From Amoebophrya sp. A120 (taxonomy: Eukaryota > Protista > Dinoflagellata): a stretch of DNA of 64,000 bases. The notes beneath the pieces were generated by a model, which was not told where the DNA came from, made no database searches, and saw nothing but the letters and a program-made list of their open reading frames with translations. The stretch lies in assembly GCA_905178155.1 (NCBI GenBank), contig CAJINV010000006.1, forward strand, positions 3,284,437 to 3,348,436, given 5' to 3'. Of this stretch, positions 34,762 through 45,151 are shown piece by piece (within the stretch, counting starts at the first letter, position 1; each line of letters opens with the position of its first letter). The position numbers were made by a program, and so were the translations under genes.

Positions 34762-37266
34762 ATGGAGAAGAATAAGGACACCGCCACGGCAGCGGAGCGA
34801 GTTCGCGCCAACATCCAGCAAGACGCCCGCCGGCAATACGGGAAAAACACAATTTCCGAGGAGGAGGCAGCGTTGCTCGATGGCGTCAGCAGTAAGACGG
34901 CGGGAGCGGTACGGGCCGAGATTTTTGATTACCTGCAGGGCCTGCGCCGCAGAACAGCAGCGTACGACGATCCCCTCCTGCGGGGCGAAACTGTCCTTCT
35001 CCCGGACGGTGTGTACGTCCGCTTGCCTAACCACGTGCGGAAAATTTATACGGACCCGCTTCTCGTGGGTGAATCGGTAAAGCGGCCAGTTCTTTTGGCA
35101 ACTCTATCGGACGAGCTAGGAATCGACTTCCTCGCCCGGGCACCGGGGGGAGGCATAAGCAGCAGCCCGTGGATCCAGGGTTTCCAGCATCAAGGCGCAT
35201 GGCTGCCAACAGGACTATGGCCAGCTGCCCGGCCCCTCTCCGAACTAGAGCAGCAGATGTTTGAGGAGGCTACCACGGATTTTTTCGTGGACGAGACCGT
35301 GCTACCGGAGCGCACCGACCGGCCGGTCGGGACACCCGAGGCGCGCCGGCGCCAATGGGAAGAGACAAAGGAGCTCCGTGCAGGCACTGTGCTGCAGGAG
35401 GTCACGGGCCCAATCCCAAAGGGCGAGATAGTGACCATCATGTTCCCACTGTTGCAGAAGTGGAGCGAGTCGGAGAATAGGTACTTGAAGTGCCGGACAA
35501 TAGTGCACGAAGTCGAGAGAAACACGAAGCACACCCGTGTGGGGGAGCATGCTAGTCTGCCCAGCGTGGCGAAGATAGTGCAGGCAGTGTCCTACTGCCT
35601 CGGCGGGCAGAGGGACAGCCCAGTGATGCAGATGCGCAGCGATGTCATGCACGACATTGAGAAGGAGAAGAGCCTGACCTTCGCCAAACTGATCAAGCGG
35701 CCCCGCGCGGACAAGGGGAGGCGAGGAAAGGGAGCCACCGGGTGGCTCCCTTGGATATTGAAAGTCGATTTGAGCAATGCCTTCTACCAGCTTCCGGTGC
35801 AATCACCGGAGAAGAATCTGTGCGCCATGTACAACGAAGACGAAGAAAGGTGGGCAACGTTCATGAGCAACAGTTGCACCATGGGCAACATCCGGTCAAT
35901 AATGTCCTGGCTGGTAGTTTCGGTGCTGTTCGAACGCCTGTTTCGGCGTTTTGGCTTGCCCGTGTGGATATATGTTGACGACATCTTGGCACTAGTTGGG
36001 CGCGCGGCTGCTAGGGATTTCCACCAGCTTATCGCGGACGTCGTTCGATGGCTGGGCTTCCGGGCGGACAACAAAAAACTAGAGCGGCATGGCGCGCGGC
36101 CGGGCACAATAGTGATCGACCGCGAAATACAGCAAGGGCCGCTCCCAGTGCTCGGCGTCTGCTTTGAAACCGACCTGGACCAGCCGGACAACCCGCGCAT
36201 GCGGGTTTACGCCCCACCCGCTAAGGTGAAGGAGATCCAGAGCGAGCTTCGGGAAGCTGAGGACGCCGTGGTCCGTGGTTCCCTGGAAATAAGTGCGCTG
36301 CAGAAGGTTCAGGGCTGCCTGTGCTTCATCCTGTTCGCGAGGGCGCACAGACCAGCTTTGGCGGCCTTCATGGGAATTTCGCCGTGGCTTGAAGAAGGAG
36401 TTTTTCTGCAGATGATGAAATCTCCAAAAGCCGTCATTGCTATGGCGACGGCGCTCCGCGACGTGCGGGAAGCCCTTAGCGACTACTCAGCCCTGTCACT
36501 CGATCGTCGCAGCCTAGCACGACCGAGGGTGCACCTGTACACCGACGCCGCCATGGCGGGTAGTGGGGCAGAGGTGCTGATGGGCGCAGTACTCCTGACC
36601 GAGGACGGCCCGCCACGCGTCTTCACAATTCAGGCACAGCAAACGGACCTTCCGCAGTGGCTGCGGAACAAATCAATATTTTGCTATGAGATCCTCGCAA
36701 CCCTGTGCGCCATCAAGTACTTCGGTCTGGAGAAGGTCCACGCGACAATCCATGTCGACAATGTCGGCGGAATGCTGGTGATGCACAAAGGCTGTAGTAG
36801 CTGTCCGCTTGGTACAGCCTTAGCAGGGGAGGTAGCAAAGTTCTGCACCTCCGAAGATGTTGTTCCGTACTTTTGCTACGTGCGCACTGATCGAAACCCC
36901 GCTGACAAGGCCACCCGTTCCCAGATGTTCCAAGAAATTTGCGTTGCGCTTGCTGTAAACATGGAAGTCGTCAGCCCGTCACGGGTAGCAGAATTTGCGG
37001 CGGGCCTCGAAGTCTCTGTGCATAGAATCCAACGGCTCCGTGATCATCTGAATTTAGCAAAAGATAGTGCTTCTAGTACTCATTTTAAGCTTCAGAAATT
37101 AAAGCAAAGCACTAAAAAGCGACTACTGAGAAAATATGCCTCCCACCTCGCGTCGACCCGAGCGCGGCTCGGCCTCGACGCGCCAGCAGTCCGGAAATCC
37201 GGGAAGACCGACAAGCGCAGTACAGCTGCCGAGCGGCCCGCGGGAGAGGGCTTACGCGGAAAATAG
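34762..37266 (+). CDS. pol: Reverse transcriptase + DIRS-type RNase H
   Basis: LKVDLSNAFYQL, IYVDDIL; RNase H LYTDA, IFCYEILA, IHVDN, NPADKATR. Confidence 0.95.
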   Translation: MEKNKDTATAAERVRANIQQDARRQYGKNTISEEEAALLDGVSSKTAGAVRAEIFDYLQGLRRRTAAYDDPLLRGETVLLPDGVYVRLPNHVRKIYTDPLLVGESVKRPVLLATLSDELGIDFLARAPGGGISSSPWIQGFQHQGAWLPTGLWPAARPLSELEQQMFEEATTDFFVDETVLPERTDRPVGTPEARRRQWEETKELRAGTVLQEVTGPIPKGEIVTIMFPLLQKWSESENRYLKCRTIVHEVERNTKHTRVGEHASLPSVAKIVQAVSYCLGGQRDSPVMQMRSDVMHDIEKEKSLTFAKLIKRPRADKGRRGKGATGWLPWILKVDLSNAFYQLPVQSPEKNLCAMYNEDEERWATFMSNSCTMGNIRSIMSWLVVSVLFERLFRRFGLPVWIYVDDILALVGRAAARDFHQLIADVVRWLGFRADNKKLERHGARPGTIVIDREIQQGPLPVLGVCFETDLDQPDNPRMRVYAPPAKVKEIQSELREAEDAVVRGSLEISALQKVQGCLCFILFARAHRPALAAFMGISPWLEEGVFLQMMKSPKAVIAMATALRDVREALSDYSALSLDRRSLARPRVHLYTDAAMAGSGAEVLMGAVLLTEDGPPRVFTIQAQQTDLPQWLRNKSIFCYEILATLCAIKYFGLEKVHATIHVDNVGGMLVMHKGCSSCPLGTALAGEVAKFCTSEDVVPYFCYVRTDRNPADKATRSQMFQEICVALAVNMEVVSPSRVAEFAAGLEVSVHRIQRLRDHLNLAKDSASSTHFKLQKLKQSTKKRLLRKYASHLASTRARLGLDAPAVRKSGKTDKRSTAAERPAGEGLRGK

Positions 37267-38134
37267 TACGAAGGCTCGCAGGTCGCGTTGGGCCTCCTGG
37301 TTGAAATTTGTCCGACTACACCCAAGCATCCCGTACCGCCCCGGGACTCCCAGCATCGAAGTTTCTACGCACCTCTACCAGTACGGCGAGTGGTTAGTAC
37401 TCACCGAAGGCTGCGGCCAGTCCTCGAAGGACTATGTGAGCACCGTCGTCGACTTGCTAGTGGACGAAAAGTCTATGGCAGAATCCTGCTGGGTTTTTCA
37501 CACCCTTCCGCGTCTGCGGAAGAACATCCGAATGCTGGCACAGCGGGAAGAGCCCGCGAAGGCTTGCGTCGTGCGATTTCACAAAGTGGCCCAATTGCGG
37601 GGCAAATTCCGGGCATGGTACATGATCTGGCAGGCTACTGGCCTGCGGCTCGCCTCCTTCCTGGAGATGCACGACGACTTTGTTACCATCCAAACGGACG
37701 ACAGGCGCAAGGCGTGGGCCGTTTGCACGGTTCCCGTCAAAGCAAATCCACAGGACTACCCGTTCGTGATCAAGTTCCCCGCGGATCTGTATACGCGCGG
37801 GCTGCTTGACGGGTTGTGCCGCTACAAGGTGCAGGCGGAGATTTTGGATGTCCTCGGCTGTACGGGACATTCGCCAAGAAGGACACTCGCCATCTACATC
37901 CGCATTCAGTGCTCCATGCGCGGGTGGATTCGCATCACGCAGATCCCGGCAGACGTGTGGCGCCGCACCTGTCATGTGCTGGGATGGACTGACGACTCGA
38001 AGATGTTTAGCGAATATAGTGGTGACTATGAAAACTACTCCCGGGCGCGGTTCTGTGTCCACGCGGAGACGCACTTCCGCGTTTTCCAAGACTATCGGTT
38101 TCATGTGAGCGAAGCACTGACGCTGCAGCGCTAA
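37136..38134 (+). CDS. Tyrosine recombinase (integrase), overlaps pol in another frame
   Basis: TGLRLAS (R), VKANP (K), GHSPRR (HxxR), LGW, downstream Tyr. Confidence 0.92.
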   Translation: MPPTSRRPERGSASTRQQSGNPGRPTSAVQLPSGPRERAYAENSTKARRSRWASWLKFVRLHPSIPYRPGTPSIEVSTHLYQYGEWLVLTEGCGQSSKDYVSTVVDLLVDEKSMAESCWVFHTLPRLRKNIRMLAQREEPAKACVVRFHKVAQLRGKFRAWYMIWQATGLRLASFLEMHDDFVTIQTDDRRKAWAVCTVPVKANPQDYPFVIKFPADLYTRGLLDGLCRYKVQAEILDVLGCTGHSPRRTLAIYIRIQCSMRGWIRITQIPADVWRRTCHVLGWTDDSKMFSEYSGDYENYSRARFCVHAETHFRVFQDYRFHVSEALTLQR

Positions 38135-38427
38135 ACACCTGCACGCGAAGAGTTTCCTCATGGTTTTCTTTTTGTATTTTCCCACTACCTCTCATTGTGA
38201 GCATCATCTATTGATAGCGACCCCTGACCACTGCAACTTACGACTACTGCAAGCTCTACCCTGCAAAAAGCTTTGACTCAGCGCCGTACAATGAACGGCG
38301 CAAATCATGACGTCCTCCACAAAATTCACCACAAGGCACCGAGCACCTCGCGCTTCGCATGTCCTCGGACTCGCTGGACCCTGGCAAAAAGACTAGCCAC
38401 GATTGGGAGACACTTCTGGGACGGATC

Positions 38428-38717
38428 CTAGCGTGCACCGCTCCCGTTAGGATGCTGCGCCTCTAACTGGAGCTGCGCACCCGCCGGATTTAGGCCAATC
38501 GCGGCGTGCTCGAGGCGAGTTTNNNNNNNNNNNNNNNNNNNNNNNNNNNNNNNNNNNNNNNNNNNNNNNNNNNNNNNNNNNNNNNNNNNNNNNNNNNNNN
38601 NNNNNNNNNNNNNNNNNNNNNNCCTGCAAGACTTCGCTTCCCCGCCGCAGGGGGATGTGTTCGCGCGGCCGCCACTGTCAGGATGGGTGAATTGATCATA
38701 TTCGGATGAAATTATAT
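38428..38717 (+). repeat. Repeat B at the retroelement right end, interrupted by N gap 38523-38622
   Basis: Matches the start (CTAGCGTGCACC) and end (GATGAAATTATAT) of B in the 528-bp unit. Confidence 0.9.
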
Positions 38718-39278
38718 ATAATTCTTGCAAATTCATCGTTCCTTTGGCTTCATGGAGAAGGAGTGCATGTGCAGCTCAGTTTATTTTGGCAGTAGAAGGA
38801 GTTCCTCAGCTACAGCTTTCTGGAAAAGAGCGTTGTGATCTTCAGCTACAATTTCACATGCAAGAATCGTTCGAGATCGTGATAGCTCGAGATAAAAACC
38901 AAGACCCAAAAACAGGGACTAAATAAAGTCCCTCTTCCTGGTCAACCTACGATGTCGTTGGGCAGCTCCGACGAGTTGATGTGATTCATTTCTGCGTTCT
39001 GGCTTATCTGAAAATAGCAGGTGTTTCTGTTGGATTCTGAAACATACAGTGTGAAGTCATTTCTTTTGGAAAAAAAAACGATATCCTTAATACTATCAAG
39101 CAACGCAAGCTTCAAGAACTCGGCTTCTTACATTTTTTTTTGGTAAGTACTAGTAATCGTGCGCTCCATCGTCACTTGTCGTGCACATAGATTGTACAGT
39201 TTCTTGTTTGTCGAGTTTGCACATTTTGTTAATTGAAAAGCAGCACGAGCAACTTCTGCAGTGGGCAAAAAGATAAAA

Positions 39279-42200
39279 ATGCCGAACATGTTTCTCCAGA
39301 CCGCAGCGCTAGCGCTTTTTGTCCAACTACATGGATTTATCTTCTTGCCCTCCTCCCATCTGGTGCTTGCTTCGGCCTCGACCTCGTCTCGTTCCACTTC
39401 GGTTTCGAGTGTCGAGGCGCCACGCCGGCCTCTGGGAAAGCCGACCCCAAAGGGACAGCCACACCCAAAGCGCAGAGCTGTCCATCCGCAGGCGAAGTTG
39501 CGGAGCAAAACGAAGGCAAGGCCGACTGCGCCGCGAGTTATAATTCGGAGACAATACATATCGGATGACTCATCAGCCAGTAGCGATCATAACCCCTGCT
39601 CGGGCTCTCGTCCTGGAACAGGCTACCCGCTTGAGCCGCCTCTTGCCACGGCAGCGCAGGGGGGGGAACCCGAACCGCAGGAGCGGGGGGCTCGTCCTTC
39701 TTGTCCTTCCATTAGCACTCCGCCAGGCAAGGTGAAGGCAACGGCAAAGCCTGCCCCGCAACGGCGGGCAGCACAGCACAAGTGTACGGGGCGACGTTCT
39801 TCTAGCAGCTCCAGCAGCGGGTCTTCGTCTTCGTTCGCCGAACATGAACCAAAGAAATCCACTGCAACCCTGTCGGGGCGGGCGTGTGTGTTGCATCCTG
39901 CGGCCGATCCCGAGGAGCCGCGGGCCGGTGACTGTAATTCTAATTCGGCACCGCACCCCGTTTCCAACGTGGTCGGAATCACCGAAGTGGCTGGGGCGAA
40001 AGGTCTTGCGGCTTCGACGCCTCCTTCTGGAGCAGGCCCTGCTCCAATTTTTCCCGCTCCGGGTGCACCAGCCATCACGGACCTGTTTTCAACGCCGGCT
40101 CTTGCTGCGAATGAAAGCGCCGATGAGGTTGTCGTGGGTCTTCTCCCGGGAGGACTGCCGCCTTGCGAGGACGTTAATGAGGGGCAAAAGCTTGCTCGAC
40201 CGCAACATCAACCGCGGGAAGATGACAATTTTAATATTGCGGACCACGCTGTAGGCAATGCAAATCCCCCGTCGACCACGGCAAGAACGCGACCTCTTCT
40301 AGTAGATGAGAAGGCTGAGCTTGTCCCGCTTCCAGTCTTCTCTCCTGCGCAGCCGGGCGATTCCGTGTCCGACATGGAGTTGTCCTCGAGGTCATCTGCA
40401 TCGTCCATGAAGACGACCGCCAGCTCCGCCCCGTCCTCTCCCGTCCAAGTGCCGCTGCTGCAGCCCGCGAAGTTGGAGATGAATTTGCGAAAGTTAGGAG
40501 ACGAAGCTTCGTCGGTCAACAGCGAGGACCTCACTACGACTTCCACCACAGCGGGACAAGCGTCGCCGGTGGCGGTGTCAGGGGAGGTTTATAATGTTGC
40601 GGTGGAAGGAGACGATGACAAAGACTTTACGTCCCCAGAAGATATCCCGGAAAAAAAATGTCAGCTGTAGTACCTATCGGCACTTTCTTACTTTCTTCGG
40701 CGTCATGACAAGTTTATTGTTCATCTGTATGACCGAGAAAGTATGAGTCACACGTCATGCATGACTAGAATCAATCATGTAGAGATCGTGAATGAAACAC
40801 CTCCGAGCAACATCACATAAGTAGCCCATGCGGTCGACGCAGGCGTCCTGGATGACAGGCGTGTATCTGTGACTGTGACCACCACACGTGTGCTGCATTA
40901 CAATTGCAAAGACTGACAGGCATTTTTTCGTGGATAGAAGATGTGAAAAGAAACAACACGACGACGGTGCTCGCTAGACCACGATCTTTGGGAGGAACGG
41001 AGACAGATTCATCTACAACCCCGCGACCGAAAAAAAGGAAGGGAGAAAAAAACGTTGTAGGTTTTGAATTCGGAGCCTCCGCTCCTCGCCGAATAAGCCG
41101 AACTACGAGTGAAGATCCTGATCCTCGTGCGCGAAGAAGTAGAAGTGCCAGCCCTGCGCTTGCTAGAACAAGCCGTGGTGAACAGGAGCGCAACGTGTTC
41201 CCAACAAGGGCCAGGAGCTCGTCCTCCGCCCGCCAGAGGAACGGCAGCCGGCCCAGAGCTCGTGCTTGCGAAAAATTATCGGGGGGACGTAAGGATCATA
41301 CGACTTTTGCCGGAGCCGTAGCAGGCCACCCGCCTGGAGGCCTGCAGGTCATCATGGGGTGTCGTCGCGATATGAATAATAATTCACCTTCTCCTGATGA
41401 AGAAGGAAGCGGAAAAATCAACTCTGTTGGCAGCTGCAAAATAAATTCGGTGCTCAGTCGTGTTGAAGAGAGCCAGCAGGCGGGGGACGATGGGCAGCTG
41501 CTGCATGATCATGATGAGTCTGCTGAGCAATTATATACACGCGAGGACCACCACCACCACGACACGCGGTTGTTGTCGTCGCCACCGGTGGACGCGGTGG
41601 AAAAAAGTCCGGCCCAGCAGCAAGAAATAACGAAGCAGCTCCTGCGTCACGTGGAGACCACGACTACCTCCGACGACGATGCAAGTTCAGGCAGCGAATC
41701 CCGCGTTGTAGAGTCGGACAGCTCGTCCTCAGACGAGGAGGAAGACACTCCTGTATCGCAAGAAAAAATTACCTCAGTCTCAACTTGTAGAAGTGCGGAG
41801 CTTCGTGCTTGTTCAGACAGTTTTTTGTCATGCTTGAGATGATCCAAGAAAGCCCAAGTCGTCCGTCCGTGATGTGTGTTTTCTCTTGCTGCCTGAACTA
41901 CGCATCTTCAGAGATTTCTTGTATTCTTGCTTCGCAAATTTGCATTGCTGAGTCTGCAGCAAAGGTTTGAGACTGAGACTGGAGTTTTTTCGTGCGATAT
42001 CCTGGGATGCCGGAGCAGGTGATCTCCTGCAGGATCAAAGGCGTTGTGCGACTGCCCTGCCCGCAGCGAGTCGTGGACGCCTGCGCCACATACTATGGAG
42101 TTCTCAGACGTAGTTACATCCCCAACTGTTGCGTGATGGTGATTTTGTAATGCATGAATAGCTATTAAAACTGGCGTTGGCCGCGGGTTTTTTGCGACTC

Positions 42201-43222
42201 TTGCATTACAAATTTGGAAAACACTTCCATGCTGAGTATTCACACTTGATTTAGGAATTTGTCTTGCGAAGTAGCTTGGGCTGATGGCAATTTTGCATCA
42301 CGCATGCTGAATCAGCTGAGAATGATGTAACGTTTGAGAATCCCATACATACCGTTCAGTGATGGAGCTTTTGTCTCCGTACCGTAATCGCTCTTCGTGT
42401 CAAAGCTTCATCAACATGGCTGAAAACCGTTTGAACTCCCCGCACAATAATTACGCTATCTTCGACGAAGACGACAATTTAATTCGTTCATTCGGAGTAC
42501 ACAGAGAGATGTGGCTTGGACGTATGGCGGAATATGACTCGGACAGCGAGAGGGAGGCGCTCCTTAAACGTGACATGGACGAGTTCTGTGTCGCGCAGGA
42601 GCTGCGAGATATGTGGTCGGAACCTATCGCCAATTTTCCCGTGAACGTTGCTGTCACGAGCGCGCTGACTGGGGATGTCTTACTCCGTATGCAATTTACG
42701 CAAAAGGAACTGGACAACTCGTGGTACTGTGACCGTGACGCCAATCTGCTCAATATGCTTCGCGCTGCTTGCCAGACTCCTGCAATTGCTGACAGGTTAA
42801 AAACTCATATGACTTCGACAAATCCGGCTGATCATCATGCTTTCGCGCTGAAGCTGACCGGGTACCAGCACCAGCCTAGGGACGGGCTCTTATCCGCACC
42901 CGAAAAGGAAGGCGAATACGATCTCTTACCGCTGGTGCGACTTCCGGTGGAAGAGACCGGCGCCACACGTTATGGGCTTGCGCCGCAGCCGGAGTGGGGT
43001 TTTCTTTCCCAATTCCTCCGACGTGAACTCGGAGCGGTCCAGGAGCAGTGTGGAGGGATTAAGGCCTTCTACGCTGGTCTGGACGAAGACAAAATAGAAG
43101 CCGCGGAGAAGCATAGGAAAAGACGCCAGTCGTGGTGGGGCCGGATTGTGGAAGACGGTGATCTGGATCCGGCTGTGCCTGAGCTCCGAGTGCAGATTGT
43201 TGTTGTGAATTATAACCCGTAG
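39279..43222 (+). CDS. Large hypothetical protein (hydrophobic N-terminus, Ser/Pro-rich region, globular C-terminus), 3 introners
   Basis: ORFs 39261, 40904 and 42359 plus a short exon at 42005-42093 join in frame after introner removal. Confidence 0.75.
40643..40936. mobile_element. Introner (singleton family)
   Basis: Perfect TSD gaaga. Confidence 0.9.
41754..41999. mobile_element. Introner (singleton family)
   Basis: Perfect TSD tcctg. Confidence 0.9.
42094..42347. mobile_element. Introner (singleton family)
   Basis: Perfect TSD catac. Confidence 0.9.
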
Positions 43223-44385
43223 CGCAGGTCTCGCTGTTGAAAAAAGCAGTCCACGTGGTGCCGGATCCCCTTTATCGCGAAGGCTGCAAGAAGAGCACGA
43301 GAACTACTCAAAAACATTCTTTCAGCTGCGCCGCGGCCCGGACAGGAAGCAATTTTGGCGTCGTAAAACATCAAGCTTCTAGGGTAGCTTGAAGATGATA
43401 TCCGTTTATTTTTCAAATCTACGACTTGCTACTGCCAGTACTCGCGGCTCGGAGGACGCCTATGTATACAGAAATCTATGTGTGATCATGAGACACAACT
43501 GTCTGACACCAAGAAGTGCAGACGCTCTCGCTAAAGTAGCGGAGCAAACTTATCGACGATTACACTTTTCATCTCGGATGATTTGTCAAAGTACTATTTG
43601 GAAGCTTGTATAATTGATGGATTTTGGTTCTTAGGCTCGACGTGGACAATTTAGAATTATTCAGCTGCTGTATCCAAAGGACTCGGCACCACGCGGCGCG
43701 GACGTGCTGCACTAGTTCCTTTTAAAAGCGCCCAAGGGGCAACGTGTATGATTATGATCGAGTACGACAAGAGCAGTATATTTGCGGTTGCGCAACGAGT
43801 TGTAGCACATCAAGAGTTCCTTCGCTTCACTATAGTTTTATCTGAAGAAACGTAGTCTGGGTCTTTGTTTCGGAGCCAAGACCGGTTTTTTGTTTTACAG
43901 CAAACGTAATTAGAGTTGATTTGGGCAGCACTGTCGCTAAAAGGAAATAGTCGACCAGCACTCATATCATTACAGTCAGAAACATGAAAGTAAGTAAAAC
44001 ATAAAGTACGTAGCTTAGTCTGTCATGAGGTAAAAATAATTATCACAGTTAGATTACAACGAGTACTGATTGGATGATGCTGGCTCTTCTGTACCGAAAA
44101 GGAGTTCAAGTTTATAGAAATTCGTTACCGTTTCGACACTGTTCGCGGTGGAAAATTTCAGTTTCAGAAGTTGACAATTTCTTTCATCGTAAGACCTGCC
44201 ATAGGAGCGCTTAGGCTCACACGCAAGTAGACAACACGACATGTCGTGGTCGGTCCACAGGACTGCCTACAACACACTGAGTCACAGCACGAGCACTGCT
44301 CAGCAGGGGATTAAGAAGTATTAGCTACACATACTATATTCGTCTCCTGATAAGAAAGCCTGGATGTGTTTCCTTTTGTTCTAGC

Positions 44386-44443
44386 TCTATGGTTCCGACT
44401 GCCTGTTGACGTGTTTCGCTAACAAGGCAGTCGGAACCATAGA
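44386..44443. repeat. Isolated hairpin with 19-bp perfect arms
   Basis: tctatggttccgactgcct ... aggcagtcggaaccataga. Confidence 0.9.
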
Positions 44444-45151
44444 CATGAGCACTGAAAATTTCTTGCCCGATCGCACGAGCGTACGACTAGAACCGCGCGA
44501 AGTAGACTACAAGAAGACTATTGGTGCGAGCCCAAGCTCGTAGGCAAGAAAGGGGCAGCAAACTCTGCTCTTAGCGAGTAGTCGTGCTTTCTGAAGTTAT
44601 GACATTGAAAAAGGAAGAAGTGTAAGAGTAGGCCAGGACGACCTGCCATTGGCGACTGGCCGGGGCCATTGTTCATCGGTGGCTTCGTGCTGCTATGCGG
44701 ATAAATATATGGATACTCCTGACTCTTACTTGTGTGGTCGTACTACGTGGTCGTACTACAACGGCTACTACGTCATAGAAGTTGAGAGCGAATCATTTTT
44801 CTTGTTGCGTTGATGCAGGAGGACGCAGGAGCTAGTATAAGAAATTGTTGAGTGTTGCGAAAAGCTGTCTCAGTAGTTTCGAGTTGATGTTGTAGCACAT
44901 CACATACTACACAGGGCGGGACNNNNNNNNNNNNNNNNNNNNNNNNNNNNNNNNNNNNNNNNNNNNNNNNNNNNNNNNNNNNNNNNNNNNNNNNNNNNNN
45001 NNNNNNNNNNNNNNNNNNNNNNGACGTAACAGAGACGACTTTATTTTATTTGCCGGTTGCAAAATGTTAGTTCACACCGACCAGCCGGAGGGCAGTCGCA
45101 ATGTTGTCAAACAATAGCGACTGATAAAAACCCGTCGTCGAAAGGACCAAG

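Larger units (their letters stand above)
23943..38717 (+). mobile_element. Tyrosine-recombinase retrotransposon (DIRS order, split-direct-repeat PAT/Ngaro-like)
   Basis: gag, RT-RNaseH and YR ORFs; terminal direct repeats A and B; ATAT at both host junctions. Confidence 0.92.

Noticed and set aside
37136-38134. The retroelement's tyrosine recombinase as the mobiliser of the introners (ATAT core vs TAT...ATA ends)
   Set aside because: Arbitrary 5-bp TSDs with TIRs indicate staggered DDE-type cuts, which YRs do not make; a 3-4 nt match is uninformative.
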